Assembly: GCF_009914755.1 (NCBI RefSeq)
Contig: NC_060936.1
Direction: 5' to 3' (one strand)
Origin: the human T2T-CHM13v2.0 reference genome, Homo sapiens
Length of the DNA: 64,000 bases
Below are positions 25,170 to 38,700 of this stretch, one piece after another. The notes beneath the pieces are model-generated. The model was not told the DNA's origin. It ran no database searches and worked only from the letters and a program-made list of their open reading frames with translations. Made by a program: the position numbers and the translations under genes. The first letter of the stretch is position 1; each line of letters begins with the position of its first letter.

Positions 25170-27895
25170 TCCTGCCTAAGAATCAGTGGTTCATCACCAG
25201 CCACAACCCTGGCAATTCCTTTCCTCTTGCTCTTACAGAAACCTGGCTCCTCTTTGAGGACCCTGAATCACTCCCAGGTGGTGAGCATTTCCACTTGCAC
25301 CTTCCTCATGCCCTGGGGCCTGGAGGTGGAGATGCCCTTCTTGCCCCTCATTGCCATTCCAGACCATCCTCCCTCCTTTTTAAAAAAAAATAACATGCAA
25401 CAACCATAAAATCCAGCTTTGATGCACATCAGACTAGGCTAGCTGCACCCCTTACTTGATGCAATGATTGAAATGTTCTCGAATCACTCTCCCTCATTCC
25501 TGTCATAATTTACATTCCTATCATATGGAAGTCAACATTTTGTTGACTTCAATATCTATATAATTCCCATATCCTGGCCTCTCAGTTCCTTGACCCCTGC
25601 TCCTTCTATAACCTTTTCCTCTATCTTATCTCAGCCCACCACCCCAACAACAGACCCCAAACCACCAATAACTGCAAGCCCTCCATAACCTCAAGCATCC
25701 ACCTCTCCAACCCACCTCCTAATTTCTAGGTTATTGCTTCTGACTCACTAACTGAGTGATCCCAGCTTGAATCTCAATCCTCTGCCTCTAATATGCTTCA
25801 TTGTTCCTCCTTCCCTAAAAATCCTCACTTTCCTCTACACCCAGCTTAGATTCCATGACCAAACATTATAGTTAACACACTGCAGTTGCCCTTGACTCCA
25901 CATCTCTTGCTTTCATTATATTCACCTGGTTATACCCCAACCCTGTTCCAATCTAACTTGCCACCCTGTTTAAGCAGCTGAAGGTGACTGAAGAAAACAA
26001 ATTTCTTTAAACTCATAATCATAAAAACTCAAATAATTCCTTTATGCCCCCTAGCATGTCTCCTATATTTTTGGTGTCTCCGACATTTTTGTTCTCACTC
26101 TTCCTGCCGGATGGCTATATGACTCATTCATGCTTTCTTCCTTCCAAAACCTCCAATACTCTTCCCCTATACTCACTCTTAACTGATGAACTCCTTTCAT
26201 AGTTTACTAAAAATCAATCAGAAAAAGCATACTCCCATTATCCCATTTACCAGCCCACTTGCATCTGTGCCCAAATGCACTATCTCCCTGCTATTAATAC
26301 AAACAAACCTGGTTAGTCCCCTGAAGCCAGTCCCTCTATGTTTGTATTGAATCCCATGCCCTCTCACTTCATCAAAGACATTACTCCAGCAATTGTCCTC
26401 TCTCCCTAGGCATCATCAATTTTTCCTTTCTCCTGGATTAGTCTTGTCAACATAAAATGGGCTGTTATTTTTCCCATCTTAAAAAAAGAAGTCCCTCCCT
26501 GGGCGTCACATTCTCTATGATCTGCTATTTCCATGTCCTCTTTACAGCCAAACTCCTAAAGCGTTGCCTATTCCTGTTGTCTCTACCTCCTCTCCTTCCC
26601 CTCTTTCTTGAATCCACCCCATCATGCTTTTGCCCCCACCAGTCCACTGAAACAGCTCTCTTCCAGGTCATCAATGGGATGACCTCCATGTTTCCAGATA
26701 GTCTTATCCTACTCAATAATAGTACTTGCTTTACCCATTAACCACTCCTCCCATTGCTGGTCCCTTCTCATCTCCTGGAGCTTTGAACAATCCTCCACCC
26801 TGGGCCTCAGTCTAGAGAATCCTCTTCTGTCGCTACTCATTCTCTAGTTCCAGTATCATGGCTTCAAATACCAACCAAACGCATACAAATTTTAAATATG
26901 TATCTTCAGGCTATACATTTTCCCTGAACTCCAGGTCCATATATCTAATTGCCTAATCATCATTTCTACTTGCAACATCTGTAGACACCTTAAACTATAA
27001 GGCTTTCCTTCCCAGTCAGCCTCACCTGCAGGATTCCTGTCTTACACTGATGGCAACTCCAAACTTTCAATAGCTCAGGCCAAACATTCTAAGGTTATTC
27101 TTAAGATTTTTCTTTCTCTTATTCAATGTCTAATTCATCAGCAAACTGTGTGATATCGATTCTTTAAAACATTTCTGGAATCCAACTGCTTCTTATCACC
27201 TCCCCTGCTAACATCATGGCCCAAGCAACTATGATCTCTTACCAGGATTATTGCAAGAGCTTCCTAACCGGTCTTTCAGCCGCTTCCATTGTCTGCCCTC
27301 TCACGGTATACTCTCAACACAGCAGTCCCAAAGCTTCCTCTTCAACTGAAGTCAGATCATATCACTCTATGCTCCGAACCTTCTAGCAACTTCTCATCTT
27401 GCTCTTGGTAAAAGCCAAATCCTGACAGTGTCCTACAAGGCCCTACCTGACTTGCGTTATTGCCCCCTCTCTGACCTCACCTCTCATACTCTCCTCCTCC
27501 CTCATTGGCCTCCCGGCTCTTCCTCAAGTTTGCCAAGCATTTGGTTTGACAGCAGGGCCTTTGCAATTGCTTTCTCTTTGCCTTTGCATAGAAAGCCCCA
27601 AGTCTCACTCCCTCATTTCCTCCAAACCTTTACTTAAATGTCATCTTTGCTTACTCAAAAATAGCAACCCCACACCCATCCTATCATCTATCCCCCTTAA
27701 TCTGCCTCATTTTTCTGCATGACACTTTGCACTATCTGACATGAGATCTATTGATTTGCTTTTTTGTCCATTTCCTCTCATCAACATACAAACTTCAAGA
27801 GGGTATGGACTTTGTGTGGTTCGTTCTTATATTCCAGCACCTAGAACAGCCTGGCATGGGTTTCCACTCAATAAATATCAACATGGATAAGTCAT
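25170..27895 (+). mobile_element. Long L2 fossil (endonuclease region to 3' end), antisense to GRIN2B
   Basis: LALTETWL motif near 25225-25250; pyrimidine-rich body; cctgaactccaggtccatatatctaattgcc; 3' end ctcaataaatatc. Confidence 0.8.
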
Positions 27896-30348
27896 TTATC
27901 CAAAACATGCTCTGAAGCCACAGACCAAATATCCCCAAAATAAGAGCTCCAGTAAACAAAACAATGCAAGCAAGGAAACAACTCCTCCCCCAAAACCTGG
28001 ATATTTATTCTAAGTGTTTCTAAATTTTAACCAATGGCAAGTGCAGAGCTCACTTTTCATGATTTTTCTGGTTTGAGAATTGTCCTTGGGTTAATTATTA
28101 TTTTTAATAGGTAAGAAAAAAGTTACTCTGAGTTTCATTAATCTATGGCACTTTGTCCCTCCTCTCCCCTGCGGCCTAACTCCCAAATCCCCTTCAGCTA
28201 TAGTGAAATACACAGACGCTGAATATTTGGGAGGATTACTTAACGTTTTAGCTTTCCTGGTTTGCTTAGAACATATGATCTACTACCCGCCAGTAATATT
28301 TTATAGCTTAGAAGATCATGTCTGAGTCAGTAAATTCCATGTTAATATGTGTAAGACTCAGGATTAAATCAATCTGTAAAATGCCTATTTGTAATCGAAT
28401 CTAGCAATTTTCTTTCTGAAGTAAACAGTAATCACATTAACAACCTAGTGATTTCACTGGAGATGGGAAGATATAATTTTATTTAACAGATTTTCTCTCT
28501 CAGAGGTGACCTAACTTTGTGATCCAAAATCATTCCAATATTGAAAAAAAAAGGTTCAGCTAACTCCATTCCCCTGATATATTCAGTTCTCAGTGCCCCT
28601 TGGCTTTCCAATTTAAGTCAATGTAATCACAATGCACACAAGGCTCTTCCACTCAGAATCTTCTTGACTGGAGAATGGAAATCATTGGAGAGGGGCTGCC
28701 CTAAAGGTTTGTAGACAAGGTTTTGAAGAATCGAGCTACAATGCTTATCAATGTCTGTCTGGAAGAAAGCCTACGTCTCTTTCTAAAGCCAGCCTGTCAC
28801 CATTTCTGAGCCATCAATGGCAGCACAGCCTCTCCTTCTGCCAGAGCTCACAGGGAATGACAAATCTCTGAGGGAATACACCAGAGCATCTGGATGTGGG
28901 TGTCATCGTCTCTTCACCACCAAACCATTCTACCCCAATTTCCCTCTTCTTTGTTTCTAGATTATTTTTTTTTCAACTCAGTGAAGAACATTTCTCAGAA
29001 CCAAGCTTTTTGTCTGCTTGTCACTGAATCTATTTCCCATTCAACCTTCTGTTTCTCATTCCAATAGACACACAATATTAATGGTTAAAAATAACATGCA
29101 ACAACTCACTGGGCGAGAAATTTAGAAACACTTGCCTCCTATGAACCCAGGGCCAAGGGGAGCTGAGGATAGTGTCACATTACCAGCATGTTCAAGCTAG
29201 ACATCCTCCATCACAAAGGGCTTGTGCCTTGAAATAAATTTAAAAAGAGAGAACAAGAAAAGCCACAAAATACCTCCACATACACAACAGGCATCTTGAC
29301 CAGAGCACCAGGACACATGCTCAGAGGTGGCTTAATATTCCAGAGCACATCCCTCTCCACTAAGAGCCACTCACTATCCCAGCACTTGATCTTGAGTTGA
29401 AGCACTCAGGAACAAGACCTCATTTGCCTGCTTGTCATTCTTTCTCCAACTTCCTAAGTTAAAAAATGATGAGAAAACCATGAAAAATTACTGTCAAGGG
29501 TTTCTTTTAACAGTCTGATAGTTTAGATAAGAATACAGTTTAAGGGATATATCCCATTTTCATAGGAAAGGAAAGTCGGGGAGGGGAGCCAAAAACATGA
29601 AGGGGAACCAGGAGAGCTGCCAGGAGGCTGGGAGGTGAGGAAGGGTTTCCAAGTAAGGAGCTTGGAAGGTTGTTCTCAACGATAAAACCCACTTTGCAGT
29701 GGCTAAAAATATAAGTATTTTGGTCTATTTTATATTATAGCTGTCTTTCCTTTTGTGAAGCACCAACCACTGAAGTTCATTTTGGAATCATGGCCACCCA
29801 GAAGAGGAAAGGGGTGATCATGTGTCTCAAAGAAGAGATAACTTTGAGGGAGAGGATGAAAACTGCAAAGACCCTTGGGATTAAATGAAATCTGCTGATT
29901 CTACTCTTTTTTCATGAATTTCTGTATGATATTTAGCAATTAGAATGTTTGACTGGCAATGGCCAGGTAGATTTCACCATTATGTAACAAAGAGAATAAA
30001 AAAGAAAGGAAAGGAGAAAACAATAATTGGCCTAGGAGATGGGAGTTTTGTTCTTGGTCTTAGTTGTCTCCCTAGGAGAAGCAGCTCTTTTCCATCCAAA
30101 GGTGAACAGAAGACTCTGCAGAGCATAATGTTGCTGTGGCTTGTTTTACTGAAGTAAAGACACTGTAAATCTCAAAAATACTCCAACTTCCCTGATTCTT
30201 TTGGAAGTTATTGGGCATCTGCATTTTCCCAGGAGACTTCTCTCCACATTGTCGCAGTGTTGAAACTCTGAGATAAGAATTCCTTGCCCATCTTCTAACT
30301 TCCACCCAGATATCTGGCTTCTGTCAATAGGCCTTACCCAAACAGGGT

Positions 30349-30372
30349 TATGTATATGTATGTATGTATGTA

Positions 30373-30464
<92 letters not shown>
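30349..30464 (+). repeat. Compound microsatellite (TATG)n(TG)n(TA)~24 T32
   Basis: Read directly from the sequence. Confidence 0.97.
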
Positions 30465-32964
30465 CTGAAAGCTACAGAAGAGACCACGGAGATGTGTGAG
30501 CTGCCAAGGTGCCAATGATCAAATAGAGAAGTCTAGCTTGGAAATAAATCAAAACCATCAGAGGAATTACATTCCACCCCTAGGCTCAGTGGGAAAGAGT
30601 TTAAGTTCATGTGGATCTTGCTGTTCCGGAGCAAGCTCTGGGCTCTAAAATTGAGCTTATCTTCTCTGTCTTTCATAGGATAGCTAAGCACCCATGCCCC
30701 CTAAGGGATACTTGAAATAGGAAGATATCTTTATGTTGTGTATACTCGGTTTAGTGGCTTCAGTCTTGTGCAGATATAGATTTTCTTTGTAAGACTTCCT
30801 CCATTGGCCGCTATGGTACAGCTCAGAAAAGCTGAACTTTTCATTTCTATTTTAATATTTAATACTAAGTACAAGAGCTCTGTGGTTTCAATCAAATAAT
30901 TCTCCATTCATGCCCTCAGAGTCCCCAAGAATCCTGCTATTTTCCCACCTCCCCCCCCGATGAATATAGGTGTAGCAGAAGACAGGGAGTGGTCATCTTG
31001 GGGGAATAAGATGCTCCAAATACTCATCAGCTGTTGGCCCTGTGACCTGTTTTTCAGGATCATCATGATCCAGGTATCTGTAATGACACTCATGAAAAAG
31101 ATGAAGTCACCACGGAGTCAAGGTAGAAATAGCTACTGCCCCTCTCTCTTAGCTTACTATGATAACACGATTTTATGTGAATTATTGGGAGGCAAAAGGA
31201 CAAGGGAAAAATGAGATTTGTAATAGGCTTGATTTTTTTTAGATTAAAAAATTAGTCTAGTGCCCACCTCCTCCCCCCATCTTCATGCATGGGAATAAAA
31301 GCTACCTCCTCCATTTCCTCCGATCATCTGAAACTAGCCTCCTGAACCAGGCTCCGGGGATCAGTACACTCTGAAGTTGATGGTATAGAAGTCTCCTCAC
31401 TCATTCATCTAAGGACTTTTCCATCTTCCTACCTCCTCTCCTATCTTCCCTCTAGGGCTAGGAAGGACTGATAAAAAAAAAAAGTTACTCTACATTAAGC
31501 AGGACACTAGAGCTCTTTCACTGTTTTTGGTTTAAGCATAATGCTGTGAGCCAAAATTTCTTCTGCAGCCCAAACTAAAGATACTAAAATCTTTGGAAAG
31601 ATGGATTATATCCTGAGCTTGATATCATTCATAAGTGAACAGGTGGGTTGTAAGAGAAGGTTGTTGCAAGATTCTCTGATCTGCGGGTGCTTAATAAATA
31701 ATTCACCATTGCAACCTTGTGACAAAATCAAGGTCTCATAAGTATTCTCAGGAGACTATTAATTTTGGAGCCCCCATGCTTCCCTTTCTTCAGGATTTTG
31801 GCAGGCAGTAATTATTTATTATCGGTCTGGGGGCTATAGGTTCTTTCTTCAAGAATTCATTGTGTATGTGAACTGCCTTATATTTTTCTGTTCAGAACTA
31901 ACTTATGCCTTAATCCTAGAATCAGGCTTGTATGTTTGAACTTAATTAGACAGAGGCGCCCAGAAAAGGATGTAAGGGGCTCTCCCTTGAGGCTGCCCTG
32001 CTCACTGTGGGCTGACCAAAACTACTGACACCTTCGGAGTATCATGACACCCCTGCACACGTTCCTGAAGGCTCTTTTGCCATGTAGCACTCTGGAAGAA
32101 ATCCTCTGTCCCAGTTTATTCTTGAGTTTTTTATTTATGTGGATTACATGCTACCTAAAAAAAATTTTTAATAATAAAAAATTATTCACAATATCTTACC
32201 CTATAGAATTCAAAAACATTTTTATTTGACCAAGTTTTCTTCACCGTGGAAACCTCTCTAACCTTTCTGATTTTCAAATTTTTGCTTTCTTCTTGCTCTT
32301 TTTGACTTGTCTCTGTAGATGTATGTGGAGTGTGTGTGTGTCTACAAAGGGAAATTTCATAGATAAGATCTGGCTAAATCAGCTGCCTAGATTTCGTGAC
32401 TTTTCTCCACTGCTAGATGCTGAAAACCTACAGTGGGGGCAGACAATTCAGGCAGCATTACTCGCTGAGCTAGACTGAGAGTTAGAAATTTGGACAAGTT
32501 TTGGTTCAGCCAAGTTTTGGTTCTGTCAAGAATTTTCTGTATAATCTTACTTTTGGCTAATTATCCAATTTTGTGCTTTGACTTCTCATCTGTAAAACTG
32601 AAAGATGATCTTATTTCCAAGTCAAAGGAGGTTATTTGGAGAAGTGGTTATGGTAAATTCTTCTGTATTCACATACCAACTACTGTGATTTACTCAGAAT
32701 GTACCATAGGCTAAGTGTGGTGGAGCCTAATGGGTTGCTGGTTATCCTAGAAACTCCACCATTCCCCAAGGAGGGGAGCAGAGGCAGGCTAGAACTGCAG
32801 GAGCTCAGTGCCTCTTTACATGGGAATAAGCTAAAAATGCTCGAGAAATGACTCTTCAGATTTCTATGTGACCCATTTCTCGTGCCTGTTACCAAGAAAT
32901 AACCAAAGTGAATGCGCTGATCACTGAAGGTGTGCAAGAGTCTCAGGAGGAATTCTGTCATAAA

Positions 32965-33947
32965 GAATATGTATGTATCTAAGCAACAGGACTGTCTGTT
33001 CTCAGTAGAATGACTTCTGCTTCTCCATCCTCTTAGAACCAACCCATCAACAGGACCTTATGGATTCCATCAGGTCAAATAGGACAGTTAGCAGGATAAC
33101 TATGTTGCTCTACCACAAAGAAAATGCTGCCTTCACATAAAGCCTCTTTTCTGTAATCCAAGATGTCCAGCTATGTACAGCAGGCCCCATCCTAGTCATT
33201 AAAATGCAGTGGGATTGACTGTGCTAGACTGATTGGGCTCGAGTTTGGAAACATTAAGTACCATGCACGTGTTCAAGCTCTGTGCTCACTCAACTTCTCA
33301 TCCTAACATTGTTTGTGTTTTGAGGATGGGCTGCTCAGAGTCAACTCAGGATAAGTATACCTCAAGATGAATAAATTGAGAAAGAGAAGTAAAGAATGCA
33401 AGAGATGAAAAGTTAGTGAAGGGAAACACAGCTGTAAGTGCCCTCATTGACTTCTAAATGCATTTATATCAAAGAAAGGGTGATTTTACTACTTCATGTT
33501 TTTCTCAGTAAGAGTTCCACCTGGATGCTTCACTATCCTCCTTGCTTCCTGCCTATGTGAAACCTTGATATTTTTCTTGCTCCTGACCCTGGGAGAGAGA
33601 GAACAGATAAATTATTGAATCCGTGAAGGCATTTATCCCTATTCCTTGAGAATAGGGATTCTCAAGGAATTCTCTTACCCTTATTCCTCCCATTGAGAAC
33701 AGACCTCTCCACCTCTGCTCATGATGTTTCCAAGAAGAGATGTGGGCACATGTGCGAATATGTATGTATCTAAGCAACAGGACTGTCTGTTCTCAGGGGG
33801 ACTGGCTTCTGCTTCTCCATCCTCTTAGTACCAGTCCATCAACAGGACCTTAGAAGGCCACATGGATTCCATAGGGTAAAATGGGAAAATGGAGACGATA
33901 ACTAGGTTGTTTCATCACAAAGAACATGCTGCCTTCACATGAAGCCT
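32965..33947 (+). repeat. Local direct duplication: 32965-33145 vs 33756-33947
   Basis: First 41 bp identical (gaatatgtatgtatctaagcaacaggactgtctgttctcag); colinear similarity continues to ...atgctgccttcacat.aagcct. Confidence 0.93.
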
Positions 33948-36366
33948 GAATATTTCTGTCAAACCTTGAGGGATCAATGATCCACAAGCCAGGTAGAGCA
34001 AAGAGAAAACACTGGCTGCATAAATTATGATATGTCTCTTTATCCCATTCTAAATGAACACTTTCATCTACCATAACATGATTGACATAGGAAATTTGGA
34101 TCTATTTGTTAAGATTGTGTGTGTGCATTAGGGAGGTACATAGGCATCAGAATGCTCATGGCAAAGAGATCAAATTCTGTGTAGTTGTGCTGTTCAGGTG
34201 AATATCTGAGAGCAAAGTATAAACTACTGAGAGTATAACTCAGCCAGAGGCAACCTAATGGCCAGGTCTCTGGTTTGCAGAGGGTTCTTATGTCATGGTC
34301 AAAGGGAGCATTAAAATAGCCATGGATTTCAAAAGAAAATCAATTACAATTAAAATGTGACAATGACAGTTAACTGCAAGACTGTTCTGAATAGGGCTGA
34401 AGTTTTAGGCAGGCATGTTTTGTTTCATTTCGAAAAAAAAACAATCCCCTCTGGAAACAGGTAATATACTTATCCTAGAGGAGCAGGCAGCTCAACAAAT
34501 TCGCATTCCTGTGGCCTCTTCCCCTGATGCTGTTCTCCTGTCAGATTTCAGAGACTATGAATCTCTTACTGCAAGGGGGACAGATGGAGTCACAGCCTGG
34601 TGGCCTAAATTCTGTGGGTAAGGGTGGTGTGATAAGTCACTCCCTCTGCCCAGGGTGATGATCAAGGGCTCCTTGGGTGCTGTAATCTGAAGGACCTGGG
34701 CAGGAATGACATGGGGCCAGGTTCCTTGTGGATATCAGGACCTCACACATAAGGTTGCATTCAGGTTCCTCACTCATCTCCGCTTTGGTCCTTGCTCTTT
34801 CAAGGTTCCCTACTTTCCGAAGCTATCATTGAAGCCAGTAACCAAGGGGGAACCATGTGCCTCACATGTCAGCTTCTGGCTTTATTGGTGACACAAAAGG
34901 AAGCTCCAGTGTAGACTTCCTGTTCTTTTCCTTCCTCATATCCTCCCTTTCCTTTTATGGGTATTTGTAGGCAAAATAATTGACATGAACAGTTCATGGC
35001 TAAAATGCCTAGAATTTTGGTCCATTTATTGGCCCAAATGAGATTCATGAACATCCTTCATGAGGATGGCTGTCTTCCTACCCTCCCACCAGCTGTTTAC
35101 CAGATAATTTGTTTCATCAGCTAAAAAAAAAAGTCTCATAGTATAATGAAATGGGTTTTGCTCTAAAATATTAACTATTCTCATTTTCAGGAGCAAGGCT
35201 ATCTAGACCCCATAGGACTTTTGAAAAGCAAAATTATCTCTCTAGACTTATATTTTAATTTTCACTAGGTATCTCCCAAGTTGTCACAAGTTTTGCCCTA
35301 CCTTGCCAATAATAATTGTCCTACCCACTCCTGTCTCAATGAAGAGTGGACTTTCTTCACTTTTTTTTTTAAAAAAGAGACTTGTCACTGCCTGTAACTT
35401 ATTTGAGTTCAGTTCTCTACAGTATGCTTTAAATTAGCACACAGTGGCAGAAGATGCCTCCCAAAGGGGAATAATTCATAGCCAATGGCATAATGAGATT
35501 TACAGAGAAGGCTGGCCGGGAGAAGGAACGAAAACATTATCGGTTACCAGAGCAGCTGAAGTGAAAGGACAGTACGAGCTCCAAGAGTTTCTTCAGAGGG
35601 ACAGAGACTGACACTGGCTAGAAAGAATGATTGATAGATTGCTAAGTAGAGCCAAGAGAGGAGGAGGAAGGGTTAACAGGGCTTCAAGAATACAGGGACC
35701 AGAGGATAAGGGAGGGCCATAAGGTCAGAAGTGATGTTGTCTCCCCCTGAGGTAATGAATCCCTTTATATTTACAGAGAAAGGAGTAGTTTAGAGACTAG
35801 CATTCTCTCTGAGCCAGCTCATTCAAATCCTAACTTACTTTCATTGTAAATATACAGATAAGAGGTAAAGTGCTCAATTACCTCAACTCTTATCCTCCCT
35901 TTGGGAGAAGTGATCCTGTAGACAAAGCCTCAGAAAGGGTGAGAAGCCAAAGAACTCAGGAAAGAAATATAAAGACAAGGTGGTGACCAGCACAGACAGT
36001 TCCCCCAAGGCCACAAATGTGGAAGTAGCATGTGGTGAAATACAGTGGTCCTGTTGGACCACCACCTGGGGTCTACAAGGCTGTGTGATTAGTGAGCCAG
36101 AACTGTGACAAGGTTCTTTTGGTGTTGAAAGTGTTAAAAAAGAAGCTAAATATTGGATCACAGATCAGTCCCAGCATGGATCAGGTTATTAGAGACTCAA
36201 TCTTGGTAGTAAAGTGTCTGGATACAAGCTCTACCCAAAGCATCTGAAAAGCTGATACCTAAAATTTGATCAATATCCTTCATAGTTTCTCCCTCTGTCA
36301 CTTACTTGAACACATGTAGTGTTCCAAGTACACTTTCCTAACCATAAAACAGTCCAAAACAACTTC

Positions 36367-36406
36367 AAAGGACAAAGCACTTAGAAAAAGGACAAAGCAC
36401 TTAGAA
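36367..36406 (+). repeat. Perfect 20-bp tandem duplication (aaaggacaaagcacttagaa)x2
   Basis: Read directly from the sequence. Confidence 0.95.
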
Positions 36407-36569
36407 AAATCCAGATTCCATTTGAAATAATGAACTGTATACATGTAGTATATACATGTGATTGTGTGTGCAGATATATATAGAGAAACTGGGGGGATTC
36501 ATCCTTAGGTGCTACTGCAGATACAAATGGGCAAAATAAAGTGACTCCTTCTCAATTATAATTTATAAT

Positions 36570-38700
36570 AATATCAAATATTTACTAATGCCTTTCATAT
36601 ACAAGGCACTCTGTTTAGTGCTACAGGAGATAAAAAGATTTAAAAATACATGGCCCTGAACACAGGGAGCTTATGCTGTAGCAGGAGAGATGAGATGTAT
36701 AACCAAATACCTATGAAATAAGATGGCCCATGATAGCTGCCACTAGGGAGAAACAACGAAAGTGTTATGGGCATTCATAAAATGCCTAAAATTATTTTCT
36801 GAATGGAAGATAAAGAAGTTGTTCTGGTCTTTGAAGACTTATATAGAGGGAATGGATATTATTCAAGAAGGGAGTGAGATGGGAGATAGGAAGGAGAGTA
36901 TTTTGGACAAAGGGAACAGTTTAAGGGAAGACGCAAGTGGGAAAACAAGCTGGTAGGGAAAGGTGAAACAAATGTTATTCAGCTTGTCTGGATTATGGGA
37001 CACACACATAGTCAAGTAACAAGAAATTATTGCTGGCAGACTACGGCAAGTGAAGCCCACTGAAGGTTGTTTCTTGATCTGAAGAATGACATCTGATTTA
37101 TATGTAGGAAGTGAGTACTGACAAGAGTAGATTCAAATATAAAATATTGGAACAATGCTAAAAGACGCTGAAATAATCCAGACTAGAAGGAAGGGTCTGA
37201 ATGAAAAGGAAAGACTGGAAACCTTAGGGGGAAGAATTAGTAGGCTTTTCAAATTTTTAGATATGCAGGATGAAGAAAATGGAGGAGGCAAAAGTGCCTG
37301 AAAAGCTTGAGTTCGGTGACGGAAGACATGGTGATACCATTAAGCAAAAGGAGGAAGTTGGTGATTATGTTGGTTTGCAGCAATGGTTTTGGATATTTGA
37401 GTCAAGATGAAGTTGAGTGTTCAGAAGGTGACTGGAAGTATGTGTATGAAGGAAAAGCAAAAGGTAGGGGCTAAAAGTGAAGATTTGGGATTCATCTTCA
37501 TTCAAAGAGTTATTGAAATCATAGAAGACAGAAAGATTGCTACAGAAGCATTAAGATAAGGAGAAGAGGGTCAAGCTCAGATATACCATGGCAAGTCAAT
37601 GCTAAGGAGATAAGAGGAAGAGCAGGAACCAATGAGGTTAGAGGACCAGAGAACTAAGATTAAAACCAGAATGTATTGCCTCCCAATGGTAATTGTCAAT
37701 GAGGTTGAAGAGCAGGGTAAGTAAAGAAAAAAGGCTATTGACTTTTGTAACAAGAACTTCATTGGAACGTTGCCTGAGAGTAGTTTCAGAAGAGTGGTAG
37801 GGTGTAGCCCATTGATGAAGCCATGAGCATAAGGTGAGGAAGTGGAGAAAGAAAGACTACCCTTTTGAGAAGTTGGGAAGTGAAAAGATAGCGATAGGAC
37901 AGAAATTCAAGAGTCAAATTGGATTGAGAGATTTGTCTTTAGAGATAGTTGTAGGACGGGTGTTTTTGAGATAGTTGCAGGTAGATGTGTGGAAGGAATT
38001 AAAGATGCAAAAGAGAGAAATACAATTGGCTGGAGAGCACCTCAGAAGAGGTCAGAGCATAGGGAAGAGGAGCACTTGGTTGGGAGAAAGGATGGAAAAG
38101 ATGTGTGAAAGACAAGAGAAATCTAAAGGCAGAGAGGACAGCATATGTGAGGATTCAATAATCAGATTTTCTTGCAAACACAGTAGGAAAGATTGCCTGT
38201 TGAAAGACAGGACATGAACATGAAAGGAAAATAAAACAAATTTATCAAGCACAGAATGTGACACTGAGTCAACATTGGAGAAATTAAAAAGTCCAAGTGA
38301 GTAGGCTTCAGGTGAGGTTAAATTGATTGAATTTGTGCTCTTCACGTAGGTTTAAGACTTGCTCTTCTTGGGGATGCAATGAATGACAAGGGGATGGGAT
38401 GCAGTTAGCTAAGCATGGTTGGTGTAGTGAGATGGCAAGAGGAAAAAGGAATTGCCGGTGAGAATATTGCTAATGTGGGTAAATACAGGGTTAGACCAAA
38501 GAGGGAATTCAATGAGGCCTGATGGATTTATGGACCAGAACAACAGAGGGGTCTTGAAGGAAGGAAGATATAGAAAAGGCAAGGTTGTGGTTAGAGAGGA
38601 AATCCCAGAGTTTTAGCTCTGGGAGGTGTAATAATTTCAAAAGAATAAGTCCAGGCCTGGCCATGACATGGGAAGCTGAATCTCTGCAATGTTTTTTCAA
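36570..38700 (-). mobile_element. Long degenerate L2, antisense on plus
   Basis: atatttactaatgcctttcatatacaaggcactctg, gaagatttgggattcatc, gagtagtttcagaagagtggtaggg. Confidence 0.65.

Noticed and set aside
25170-38700. Oppositely oriented L2s forming dsRNA in the long UTR
   Set aside because: Copies are too diverged and about 9 kb apart for a stable duplex to be credible without computation
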